Notes under the pieces: generated by a model
The model's input: only the letters and a program-made list of their open reading frames with translations
What the model was told of the DNA's origin: nothing
The model's database searches: none
Source: Auanema rhodensis
Lineage: Eukaryota; Animalia; Nematoda
Assembly: GCA_964057225.1 (NCBI GenBank)
Contig: OZ059897.1
Location: 16,740,001 to 16,804,000 of the forward strand
Length of the DNA: 64,000 nt
Direction: 5' to 3'
Position numbers and translations under genes: made by a program
In this document: piece by piece, positions 11,932 to 24,274 of the stretch
How the letters are laid out: each line of letters starts with the position of its first letter
Numbering within the stretch: position 1 is the stretch's first letter

Positions 11932-14900
11932 TCACTTGGAAATCTCAAACTTAGGTAAAAATAGGCCAAACTTATGCTCGATTCCACTGAACGTGGCTGC
12001 AGCCAACCGGTAACCACCTATGTGTTCCGGGTTCAAGGAGCCATCATCCGAAATTGTCTTGAGCTGAGCAGACTGCAAAATATATTACAACCGTTTGTTT
12101 CTCTAGGCTTTAAACAAACCTCTGATCCAGTAGGTCTAGTACCACCAAAATCAACGTAGAACAACCGTTGAAGGAACTAAAAACTAAATGTAAGGAAGAT
12201 AATTGAACTATAAAATATACTTCATAGGTTAATAGAGTGACAGCAAATTGAGGACTGGACCTGCAGACACGAGCAACGGATCCTTTCCAGAACGCTCTTG
12301 GACCTTCTTCGGCCATGATTTTTCGAGCGCAATCTAAAACATTCATTTTCGTGCTATCAAAACTTTAAGGAAAAAATTTATTCTAACCTATAACTCCTGT
12401 ATATGTTGTTTGTCCAGCTCTTGCAGCTACTTGCAATCTGGTCTTTATCACATCAGCTGGTGTTACCAAACCAGCAGCGGGAACTCCAGCAATGAAAGCA
12501 GAACAGAATAGAGATGCTGGAGAATTAATTCCCTTAAATAGAAGCATTACACATTACACGACAAGGTAAAATATTCAAATTACGTCTTCATCGGCACTGG
12601 CCAATTTTGCATTAGCATAAGCTGGAAAATAAATAGCTGAAAACGGAACATCTCGCAGGAAACATGCACGAGCTCCTTTATAAAGTCCAATAAAGCCCAA
12701 CTCTTTCAGCACAGTAAAAACTCCAACCTAAAAAACTCCCTTTTCAACAAACTTGTAATTTATATAACCTTTTGACTTGACTGGATTTCACCAGCAACTT
12801 GTAATCGAATCTTGACTATTTCCAGAGGATTAGTAAAAACGACCTAGACAATATTGAATTAAAAACAGAACATAAAGTAAGATATACCTGACTGGCTCCA
12901 CCACAAGCTCCGGCTAAAATTTCAGCCCAAAGAGGGATTTTTCCATCTTTAGACATCTTGTCTCTGAAACAATATATATGAATGAAAGACAAATGTTCAT
13001 TTCAAACATACCTGACCAAATCGTTAACTGTCAGTTTAATAGCTTTCTCCGGAGCTACCCCAACAATTTGTGGTACAAGACCACGATATAGACCCAAGAG
13101 ACCTGAACGGACATTAGAAAATGAAAGGATTGTTATCTGATATACATGCCTTCAAACTTTATCACTTTTTTGAAGCAATCTAAGCTATTTTTATACATAA
13201 CCTCGCCAACGAAAGATCCAGAGCGCTGATTTTGCATACGGGTTTTGACCAAATCAATTGGATATACAGCTGTAGCTCCACAAGCACCAGCAATGGAACC
13301 AAGCAAGAAACGATATGCTGATTCCATAAACTGTAAAATAATTTTCGATAAACAATTTCTCTCAACTGCGAAAAGCTTACAGCAGTTCCAATACCACGTT
13401 CTTCACTGCTAGATACAGCTTTTAGATTGATAAGTCTTTCAACATGTCCTACTCTCTTCAGACGCTCAGGATCAATAGTCTCGATATCCTATTAAAAGGT
13501 TTCAAAAATAATTTCTCCAGAACTAAATACCTTGATTGAGAGTGTTCTCTTCCCAGGATGGATAAGTTCGGACAAATGGAACAAGATTTCGACCTGAGAA
13601 AGATGAAATGAGGAATATCCAAAACAATTGAAAGATTTACTTCATATGGGGTAATATGAGCATAACTTTGAGTTGCTGCCAAAAATTCTTCTTTGGTCAT
13701 TTCCAATCCCAGGTTACCGCGAGCCTAAAAGAAAATTAAGAGAGTCAAGTTTAGAAAAGATTGTATACTTGACTAATGTAAACTCTTTTAATCAGCTCCA
13801 TTTTGGCCAAAAGGCTGTTAAAAGCCGCATAGTAAGCAAATGTAACCTGAAATTAGAGTTAATCTGTATTTATTTGTATATTAGATGTTTCTGGTAAACT
13901 AGGGTTAAATCAGTAATACATAAAGGAAAACATGTTAGGTTAAAACATTAAGCTGGAGTACCAGAACTCACGCGCCTATCTGCCAAATCAACAAACTGAA
14001 ATTCAATAACCAAAGAGGGTTAGATTGTTTGAATTTGGGCATGCAAAATACAAGTTCCATGCTCAATAAAATGGTATTCACAAACACAAATGCAACACCA
14101 CCGAAAGTTTTTAATTGTTTATTGCTTACCTTGTGCCCGCTAGCTCCACCGCCAGAAACGGCGATCAAGTTGTTTTTAACAAAGTTGGTAAGAAGATGTC
14201 CTTTTACAGTGGACATAATATGTTGGAAATCCACAGAACTAATTGTGCCATTTCCATTTTTGTCATACCTGTATAAGAATTAAAACATTTAGATTTGAGA
14301 ATTAGAGAAAACCTCCGGAAAGCTTGAATTCCTTGTTCCTCATAGAAATCATGAAGAAGCTGAGTGAACGCATGATAACTGATACTTCGTTTCTTATCTC
14401 TTAAATCGTCACATCACTTTCTAACAGATGCTAGTTACTCACGCGCCGAAATATTTCTTTATAAAATCAGAACTGAAATCAAAGTCCATATCATGCAACG
14501 GCTGGGTATGACGAATAACGGCTTCAAACTGTAAAATAAGAAAAACCAATGAAGAATTACATTTTAAAGATTCTTACCTCATCACAAGAAATGGAATCAC
14601 TTGCATTTCTATCGAAAATTTCGAAAGCGGTCAGATAAAGCGCATCAGGGCTAAATTGGAAAACATTACTAAATATAAAATTCAATAGAACAATTTAGCG
14701 CCTAAACGCAACCGTATTCACCGTCATTTGAAATGAAAATGACATCAGGTTTACGCGACTACATGAAATGGGGTTAGTTCAAAACTTTTTGGAAAAACAA
14801 ATCTAAAATATTAAGAAAAGCAAGCAATAAAACGAATAAGTAAGTTCATAACTTATGAATAAATAAACAATGATTACCTGCAGAGCAAAGCCTCAAAAGC

Positions 14901-15390
14901 ACAAAACTCTTCAAAAGAGATATCTCCGTCCTTAGTTGTATCAGCCGCAGAAGCCAAAAGGCGCACAGTTTCCCTGTTATAGTTGTCTTCTGTATATAGT
15001 CCAAGATATCTGCAGATCGAACATCATGAGAAATAAAGAGAGTTAAAACATACTTCCTGATGAAATCCTCCGAGCTCATATAAAGCTTTCCATTCTTCTT
15101 TTTCGAAGCAAATCGTTCAAAAATAGGCCGCAAATGCTCGGGATTGGCTCTCGGGATATAACCTACAATTAAAAAAAAGTAACCCAAAATAGATCGATAA
15201 ACAAACCACGAGAAGCCAAAGTTGTTTCAGCATTACAATGCGCAGTTCGTAACAAGGATCTAAACTAAATACAGGAAAATAAATTGGTAAAAAATATTAA
15301 TGTTACAGGATCGTTGCTTTTTACAGCATCCTTTGCTAGCATCTTCAGCTTGGTGGAATTAAGAACATGATCATAAGATATTTCAGCCAT
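11932..15390 (-). CDS. SLC25A12: Calcium-binding mitochondrial aspartate/glutamate carrier (Aralar/citrin)
   Basis: N-terminal EF-hand region ([18 protein letters not shown]...; [13 protein letters not shown]) and carrier repeats [65 protein letters not shown]. Confidence 0.96.
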
Positions 15391-16458
15391 ATATATCTGA
15401 AAAATTCAGTTATGAAACTTTGAATAACGTTTAAAATTATATTTTATATATTCAAGAAAACAATAAGATATAAAATATGGGAGGTTAAGTTAACAGATGC
15501 AATCAGTGGGCAGCTGACACAAATCCAACAGACATAATCAATTGAACCAGTCAGCTTCTTTAAGCATCCGGAAGGAAAGCTAACATTCTACACCACACTT
15601 AATACACAAAGGTATCAAATGCAAAAAAAAACTTGAAGTGATTGTCATGAAAGAATAGTTCATAAATGCCTAAACGTTGAATAATTTCAAAAAAATATCT
15701 ATAACTACTTTAAAAATTATACATCTTTTCTGTATATGAATCGATGAGCGATAAATAATATTACGTAGCATCATCGAAAAATATAAGAAATGTGGCTGTA
15801 AAAGACCTTTCAAGCCTTGACACTTAATCTATTTGATCAGCTTTTTTGATTCTTCATTCTCATGTTCACTATCTTTATTGCCATAATATTTTTGGAAGTT
15901 TTGATGGGAACGCACCGCTTCTGAAACAGTTTTCTTTAATTTTTATGTGTTTGTTCATTGAATCTACCTGTGGTGGCATGTTGATAAAAAGCATCTGTGT
16001 GCTCAAACAGAGAACAACTCTACTCGAAAACCGAAATAAGTTAGTGAGAAAACGTAATTCAGATAAATAAACGAAAAAATGAGATATTCTGAGTCGTATA
16101 TTCTATTCTTTCGTATTTCGTATATATAATAAATTTTAAGAAAAAATAAGAAAAAGAAACATTTATACAAAAAAAACTTAATTTTTCAATATAATAAATA
16201 AACCGAAAATGACTAAATTTTTCAGGTCACTTGAAATACTGGTGACCAGTGGAAACGAACACTACTAGGAAACTATGAAAATTGATAATACTGACTGGTC
16301 AGAGATAAGGCTAGATAAGATGAAAACAGTTCTGTATAAGTAACATGTAGTTAGTTATAAGTCTGAAAGCAACAAATTCATCAAAAATAAATAGAATAAA
16401 ACAAATAATTCGATATGAGCGTACATGCTTCAGGCTGAATGGAACAAAATGACGGCAG

Positions 16459-16473
16459 TTGGCATGTTGCCAA
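16459..16473. promoter_or_regulatory. Perfect Nuclear Factor I palindrome TTGGCA-N3-TGCCAA
   Basis: TTGGCATGTTGCCAA in the divergent intergenic region, ~130 bp upstream of the ATG at 16600. Confidence 0.6.
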
Positions 16474-16599
16474 AGTTTGTCATTTGGTCTAGTTCCAATA
16501 TTTAAAAAAAATGGTTCCGCAAGGAAAACATAAACTTATTAAATGAATTGTTTATTGTTTGGATGAAAGCAACTAGCTTTAGTTGTAAAAATAGGAAAA

Positions 16600-17539
16600 A
16601 TGTCTCAAATAAGCAAGTTGGAAGAAAGCATTCTAAGTCAATGCGAACCACTAAAAAATCAATCGGAACAGTGTAAGTTGATTGAAGGAGAAGACCGGAT
16701 TTGTAATTAAATGTTGGAATTTTCTCAGTGGTTAAAGAATTGACTTTGGATAATGAAAAGGCGATGAAAGAAAAAACGGATCTTCATGTGTTTTTGAAAG
16801 AAGGTTAGTGATAAAAGTAAAACGGGATAATGAAAATTATAGCAAGTGCACCGTTAACAACATTGGAGAGTGATCTTGCCATTCTTGCCGATAAAGAAGC
16901 TAGTTTGAAGGAGATTCAAGAAGAATTGAATACCCTTGAAGAAGAGTTAGTTAATATAATTTTTGTTTTCCGAATATATATATATATACAATTTAGTCTT
17001 TCCGCTAAAGAGAACGCGATTAAGGAAAAGCTGACCGAAACGGAGAAAACATTCAAATATACAATTGAAAATACTACGAGACTGACAACGCAGGAGTTGG
17101 TCGAAACGTATACTGATATTATTGTAAAAATGAGAAATATGGTTAAAAACTATTATTTCTCGAAAATAGTAAAAAGTTTTTAGAATGTATTAGGCCAAGC
17201 CTCGCAAACGCAGATCAAGTGCGATCAACGGCGCCAATTGCAAGATACAGGTATTACCACAATAATATTTAAAACACATGAGATTTTAGTTATGGAGTTT
17301 GAAACTAGAATTAATAAAAAGAAAAATAACATTGCCAAGCTTGAAAATGAATTAAATGAATGCCAGTCTTATCAAATTCCATCCAGCGTTCGAACAACTT
17401 TCAAGTAAGTAATATGTTCCAATTAAATGCTCAAAATTAGCTTTGTAGAAAGAATATGGCTATTGATTACCAATTTCAAAAAAATGAATTGATCAAGCTT
17501 AAATTAGCTGTACACAAACTAGGTGGTAGAATTGAATAA
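16600..17539 (+). CDS. Coiled-coil protein of unknown family (~215 aa)
   Basis: Multi-exon ORF MSQISKLEESILSQCEPLKNQSEQ...LTTLESDLAILADKEASLKEIQEELNTLEEE...KLKLAVHKLGGRIE*; heptad-rich E/K/L composition. Confidence 0.75.
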
Positions 17540-17578
17540 ATCCAAAAAATTTATTTTCTAACTCAATTTTGTTATAGC

Positions 17579-18955
17579 TCAAAGAGTGAATAATTGCTTG
17601 TGAATAAAATTGTTTGCTGATTCTAGAGCTTCTGAGAATTCTTCCAACTTTCGTTGTTGGAACCGTGGGTGATGAAGTTTACCTTCCTTCACCCATTGAC
17701 TGAGTTGTTTATACATCAGGTAGCGCTCCTGATTAATTGTTATATGGGTTGAAATGAATACGTTTAAACCTGTATATTTGCTGGATTTTCATACCATTTC
17801 GACATCCAAAAGCCTGCCAAAACAATATCCTTGAAAATGAAAGGGCCAGTTGGAATCTGCAAATATTTTCGTATCTATTTCTGTTGAAACGTCTTACTTG
17901 TAAAGGTTGTTTACTCATTCCACCATAAGTAACCATATATCCGCCATGTGATAGTGTACTTGCCAAGAACATGGTTGATTTACCACCAACACAATTAAGA
18001 GCTAGCTTAATATTTTTGAAGGTCCTAGATTCATAAATTTTTAAAATTCGATACAACAACGAAACGCTTACTTAAAAGTTTTTCGGAATTCCTCTTCATC
18101 AATTACCATATTAGCTCCCAGAGATTTCAAATCGTCGACAATTGGTTTCATATCATCTCTTTTACGAACAATATTCACAGTTTTGATACCCAAAATACTA
18201 CTGATCTGGAGGAAATTATTAAATACTATCAGAAACAACGAAGCTCACTTGTATAACAGCACGACCAACAGCAGAAGAGGCACCATTTTGGATTACAGTG
18301 TCACCAGGATTCAACTTCACGAAGTCATGAAGCATACGATAGGCAGTTGGAGGATTCACCTAAAATATAAATAAAATCATGATTATAAAAAAATTATTGA
18401 GGACCTGAAAAGAAGCGCTCGCTTCAAAAGGTAAATCAGAATCAATTGGAAATAGTTCGCTTGGCTTGTGATAACCATCAGAACGCCAAACACCAAGTCC
18501 TGAACGTGCTGGGATCACATGGTCTCCTAATTTTAATTCTTTCACATCATCAGCAACCTGAAGATGATTGTGAGATTTTTCGATAAAAAATTTTTATGAA
18601 ACCTTAACAACTTTTCCAAAACCTTCGTTTCCACCGACAGCAGGCATAGCTGGTTTCACAGGGTACACCTAAAAACTATCATGTCCAGATTGAAAACAGT
18701 CCCGATTTTTGAACTCCTTGAATTTGATTCATATCAGCGGGATTCACAGGTGATCCCAGCCATTTTACATGTACATGTCCACTTTTGAGCTCTCCAATAT
18801 CGCGCTCTACCATTTGAATAACCTATTAAAATCCCTCTTACAAAAGAAATCCTCGTGCTACAAACTTTTGAAGGTTCGCCATATTCTGCGTAAATGAGCT
18901 CTCTGGTCTTTATACCACGAACAAAGTTTCGAAACGGAGCAGCATATCGAAGCAT
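17579..18955 (-). CDS. mecr-1: Mitochondrial trans-2-enoyl-ACP reductase (MECR)
   Basis: Mitochondrial leader [14 protein letters not shown]; motifs [57 protein letters not shown]. Confidence 0.95.
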
Positions 18956-19202
18956 CCTTAGTAGGCTTTGTTAAATGAAAAACAACTTCAAAATACACAT
19001 CGATTATAACAAATACATTTAATTACACTCGACTACAATCATTTATGATTTAAACGTCCGTATAAAACTAAATTTACACAAACTTGTGAAAAGTCAAACC
19101 ATCACGAAATTAATCAAAAAGGTGAGAGATCCAAAAAGCAAAGAAACAAGGTAACAGAATAGGATCCAAATGAAAAGATACCAAACTTGAAAGAATTAGT
19201 TT

Positions 19203-21197
19203 CTAATCGCTATCACTACTGCGCCTTTTCCTTTCATGTTTTATTTTACTTGGAACTTTCTCTTCGACTTCATCCATCTCAACATCACTGAAAATTGAAA
19301 TTATAATACATTATTAGTTTGAAAAATAGATACCCATTCCTCGCAGCAGCTTTTTCAAGAAGCTTATCCCTCAACTTCTCCTCCTCATCAACTTCCATTC
19401 TTTCATACTTATCATTTTCTTTATTATCTCTCTTTTCTCTGTCTTTCCGTTTATCTGAAGATCTATCTCGTCTATCCTATAATTAATATAAAATAAATTA
19501 CGAAATGTTGAATAAATTACTTTTTTTCTATCTTTATCCTTGCTTCTTGATCTGCTTCTTCTACGATCTTTACGGTCACGTTCTTTGTCTCTTTTTCTGT
19601 CACGAGAATGAGATCTTTTTCGATCTCTTGACCGAGAACGTTCTCTTCTATTATCACGGGATCTGGAACGATCTCTTCTTTTTTCCCTAAAAACATTAAT
19701 CAACTTCTAAAATAGTATTATCTAAAAAAACATACCTACTACGGCTCCTCTTACGATCGCGACTCTTACTTCTTCGTCTGTCACGGCTTCTACTTCTTCT
19801 TCTTTCACGAGAACCTGATCTTCTCCTGTCTCTTCGAACACTAGGAGACCGTCTTTTGCGAGGAGACCGAGAACGTGAACGACGTGGTTCTAAAGCACAT
19901 TATATTTAAATTTCATAAATCTAATCAAACCTCCTGCAGCGCGACCCATTCTGATTGCTTCTTCAACTTCCTCCAAAGCTTGATCTGCGGTCTTTTGCTG
20001 TGGTTTTATAATAGCAACACGTGAATGTTGAATTCTAAAAGATTATATCACATTAAAATATTAATATAAGGCTCACTTTAAAATTCTTCCTTGAAATTCA
20101 ATACCGTTATTTTGTAAAGCAATTGGAACGGTAGACTGTTGAGAAAATTCAACATAAGCATATGCACAGGGAAGACTTTCAGGTCCAACAGCTAGTCTTA
20201 CATACATAACCTATATAAAAGAATGACAAAAAAAACAACAAGAAAACCCACTTCACCAATATAACTGTTGAAAAAATCAAGAATAGTTTGCCCATCTACT
20301 GCTTTAGGAAGATTTCCTACGTAAACGGTTCGACGAATTTCTTCTACTTTACCAGGATCAGTGTCACCAGGAAGTTGTGGATAAGCAGGAAGGCCCAACT
20401 GCTCCAATGTGGGATCGACTGTAAGCAACTGAAATAGAAAGACTAAAGTAAATTTTTTTTGTTCTCTTGGCTTTTATAAATTGTATCCCTAACTGAACAA
20501 GTTACCAAAAGTACTGTTCATCACTTTTAAACAAACCATTGGAAAGCACCAATCTCAATATACCACAGAAACTCTCTGTAATTTCAAAATAAAAGTTAAA
20601 GACTCAAAAAAATAGATACAGTGAACAGGACGTCATAAGAAGCAGCTGAAATACTAACATAGCACGTCAAATAACGTAACAGTAACCCTTTAAAATCAGT
20701 CGAAATTTAATGAAACTCTGACCATTGAAACGCCGTCCCCATCAACTTGTATTTTATTGGAAACGTGTGGTGGAAGCTGTCTCTGTCCGGCTACAGCAGG
20801 ACCACTGTTCATGAAAGTACCTTCGTCGGGTATAACAGCTGAAAAAAAACTGAGAAACTTTTTTCAACAAATAAAACTTACTTTGTAACCATGGAATACA
20901 TACAATAGCACGATCAATTAAAACGGTGTTAGTTAAATGCTGTCCAACTTCAACACACCGATCGTCGTCATATTTAACAAAGGCAACTTTGTGGGTGGTA
21001 GAAGATGTTGTAAATCCATCACTTGGATATATCTTAACAAAAAAAAACATTAAAAATTGGTGAAAAGTGCAAACCTTTAATTCTTCAATCTTTCCAATGT
21101 ATTGAAACATATTAAATATTTGATCTCTGCTAGCAGAAACCGATATGTTTGAAATTTGAAGTATTTTCAACTTCGTTTTTCTCTCATCGACCCCCAT
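19203..21197 (-). CDS. rsp-7: SR-rich splicing factor, SRSF11/SREK1 (p54) family, two RRMs plus RS domain
   Basis: RRM1 ILQISNIS...VGQHLTNTVLIDRAIVC; LTVDPTL...KVEEIRRTVYVGNL (RRM2); long RS/RD tail. Confidence 0.93.
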
Positions 21198-21546
21198 CCT
21201 GAAAAATTAAAAGTTTTAAGCTAACTTGGAAACACTTGCAAATCATGAGAATACTCTTCAAATATTTCATAAACTATTAGTAAATCAGATGGCGAATTTA
21301 AATTATCGCTAGAGCACATTTCGTATTGCCTACCGTAATCAAAGTCGTGCTAAGATATCATAAATAATTCGAAAACTAGGCGTATTGCCAATTCAATTAT
21401 TTTGGGATTGCTCCTAGATGGATTCATTCTAATTTCATTTTATTCAGCTTATTATTTTATGCAGCTTAATTTTTCTTTATCTATTCTTCATTTAATTTTT
21501 GTATTATAGGGTTTTCTTTCCTCCTAAACCAAATATATAAGACAAG

Positions 21547-21979
21547 ATGGCCGATGATGGACTTAATCCGAAGGCCTATCCACTGGCTGATGTTCAACTT
21601 TCTCAGAGATTGCTTGATCTCGTCCAGCAGGCTATGAACTACAAACAATTGAAGAAGGGAGCTAACGAGGCTACTAAAACTCTTAACAGAGGAATTGCCG
21701 AGGTATATTAAGATTCAGGCGGAATTCTTATAAGTATTTTACTTTTAGGTTATCATTATGGCTGCCGATGCCGAACCTCTTGAAATTATTCTCCACTTGC
21801 CCCTTCTTTGTGAGGACAAAAATGTCCCATATGTTTTCGTACGCAGCAAAGCTGCTCTTGGTCGTGCTTGTGGCGTAACTCGCCCAGTTATTGCTGCCTC
21901 GATCACTCAAAATGAGGGATCTCAGCTCAAATCTCAAATCAATAAGATTAAAGAAGATGTTGAAAAGTTGCTCATCTAA
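21547..21979 (+). CDS. snu-13: SNU13/NHP2L1 (15.5K) U4 and box C/D snoRNP protein
   Basis: [15 protein letters not shown]...[17 protein letters not shown] / [48 protein letters not shown]...LLI*; two exons. Confidence 0.98.
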
Positions 21980-22211
21980 TCATGTAAGAAATCTTGTTCC
22001 ATTGTTATTGTTTCTTGTTGTTGAACGATATTGTTGTTGATTATAAACATGTTCAAACTGTAACTTTTGTCTTTCTCAATATGTCATACTATCAGTTGCA
22101 ATTCCTTATAAGATAAGGCGAAAAGGCGGAATGAACGGGGCATATATAGAGTCATGAATTTCGTTTGGCTTGTTTCTCGCTTAATTTTTCAGTAGAACAT
22201 TAAGGCTTTGA

Positions 22212-23981
22212 ATGGGTTGGCTGGTGTATTCGGTTATTCCTTTGGCATGTGCTTTCTATGTATACTATAAGATTGGGCATTTGTATTCTGGAGTACCAGT
22301 TAGCATTTCTGGAACGGTTGATCCACAATATGAAGAAGTTCGGAGACTTTTCAGGTTTGTTTTATGAAATACTTGAGATATATAATTTCTTTCAAGAAGT
22401 TATATTCGTGTATTTTTATGCGAATGTTGGCGTTCTTCAGGTCGAACTTCGAAAATAGTTGGGAGCCTGAAGGTGCTGCTATAACGGTATTTCACAAGGG
22501 CAAGAAAGTTGTTGATTTATGGGGTGGTTATGCTGATAGCTCTGCATATCGTCTGTGGAAAGAGGTATTAACTACAGTGACTAACGATTATAGGTATGAA
22601 CTATTAAGGATACTATGACCATTGTTTTTTCGACTACCAAAGCTGTTTCTGCTTTATGCGTTGCTCTACTTGTTGACCGTGGTTTGCTCAAGTACTATAG
22701 AATGGTCTAATGTTTCTTATCAAACTAAATCAATCAGATATGATGATCCTATAGTGAAGTTTTGGCCTGCTTTTGGAAACAATGGTAAAACAAATGTGAC
22801 TGTACAAATGGTTGTGAGTCATATGGTAATTTTTGAACTCTGTGACTTTGTGAAGAATGAGGATTAAGAGTGGCTTACCTTTTTTTGACGAAAAGATTAC
22901 GGAAGAAGCAGCACTTGATCATAATATCATGAGACAAATGATTGAAAATGAACGACCCAAATGGCCTCCTGGTACTGCAACAGGATACCATCCTTATACT
23001 TATGGGTATATATAGATGCTTACTTGTATTGCAAATATTCTCTTTAAAGATGGCTTGTTGATCAAATCATTCGACATGTTGATCCTAAGAAGAGAGGTCT
23101 TGGTCAATTTTTAAGGGAAGAAATAACGGTTCCCAATGGTAAAAAGTGTGTGAGCTTCCATAAACTAATGAATGAATTTAGGAATCGATTTCCATATAGG
23201 GTTAAATGCTAAAGAAACGCATCGAGTAGCTAGAGTTACAACAGCATCTACGTGGCAGCAGTTGTCCGAAATAGTTAACAATATCAAAGTTTATTGGTAC
23301 TTAAAGAATTTGGGCGATTATTATAAAGTACAGTTATTCTGTTGTTGCATGATATGAACCTTTCTTTTAGCCAGGAACTTTGTTATACAAATCAGTACAT
23401 AATGCTGAATGGCTAGACACTATTAATCGTTGTACTTTGAATAATCCTGATTTCTATAAGCTGGAACAAGGTGGAGCACTTGGGATTGGCAATGCGCGTA
23501 GTTTAGCAACAATGTTTAATTTGGTAAGTATTTTTAACTCTGTAGTTTCAACACGTGTATGGACCAATATTGCATAGTTTGGTACTTTATTTGCTATCAT
23601 GTCTGATTATTTTTCAGGTTTTATCTGGGAAGATTATAAGTAAGAAAACACTTGACCAATTACAAAACTGTTACATTAACGAAACTGATGTTATTTTTCA
23701 TGATAAAGTAGCAAAGGGAAATGGTTTACTTTATTTGCCTCTGAATAGAGCTGGCGTAGGATTTCGAAATTACGAAACTAATTAATATATTACCGATTTT
23801 TTTCTAGGTTGAACATGTAGTTGGACATACTGGGCATGGTTGCCAACAGGTGATTTATGATAGTAAAAATGATATAGTTATTTCATATGTTGGCAATGGT
23901 TTAAAAGCTGGTTTATATGATCTTTGTAGGACGTACTCGCGTCTTCAAAACGCCATATATGATATAATTGAAAAAAAATAA
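22212..23981 (+). CDS. Beta-lactamase-fold serine hydrolase (nematode lact family) with N-terminal TM anchor
   Basis: VVDLWGGYAD, catalytic SxxK in FSTTKA, KWPPGTATGYHPYTYGWLVD, GHTGHG; N-terminal hydrophobic MGWLVYSVIPLACAFYVYY. Confidence 0.93.
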
Positions 23982-24007
23982 ATTTTATTCAATTCACATT
24001 TTCTTGA

Positions 24008-24274
24008 TTATTTCAAACAGCAGAACATGTCTCCGAATTCGGTGCGACAGCAATCACCTGAGAATTAAGTGACAATAAGATATAGAAAAATAACATTACC
24101 AATTCTGCAGTTTTTGGGATATTGATGGCAAGTATCTGTATGAATTGGAAAAAGTGGAGGATAGCCTAAAATTGCATGGGCATTTATGATTAAGAGAGAT
24201 GGCTTACATGTGGCCTCATGATACAGACATAGTAGCAATAAGAGAATTGGTAAGATTATCGTCCAACGTAGCAT
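24008..24274 (-). CDS. Small secreted six-cysteine peptide precursor
   Basis: Two exons: MLRWTIILPILLLLLCLYHEATCKPSLL...TDTCHQYPKNCRI / GDCCRTEFGDMFCCLK*. Confidence 0.7.

Noticed and set aside
18669-18720. Apparent GA donor in mecr-1
   Set aside because: Resolves as canonical GGA|GTTCAA...TTTAG|GTG giving QIQG-VYP.
22212-23981. Recent horizontal transfer of a bacterial beta-lactamase
   Set aside because: Intron-rich, host-like composition and belongs to the established nematode lact family.
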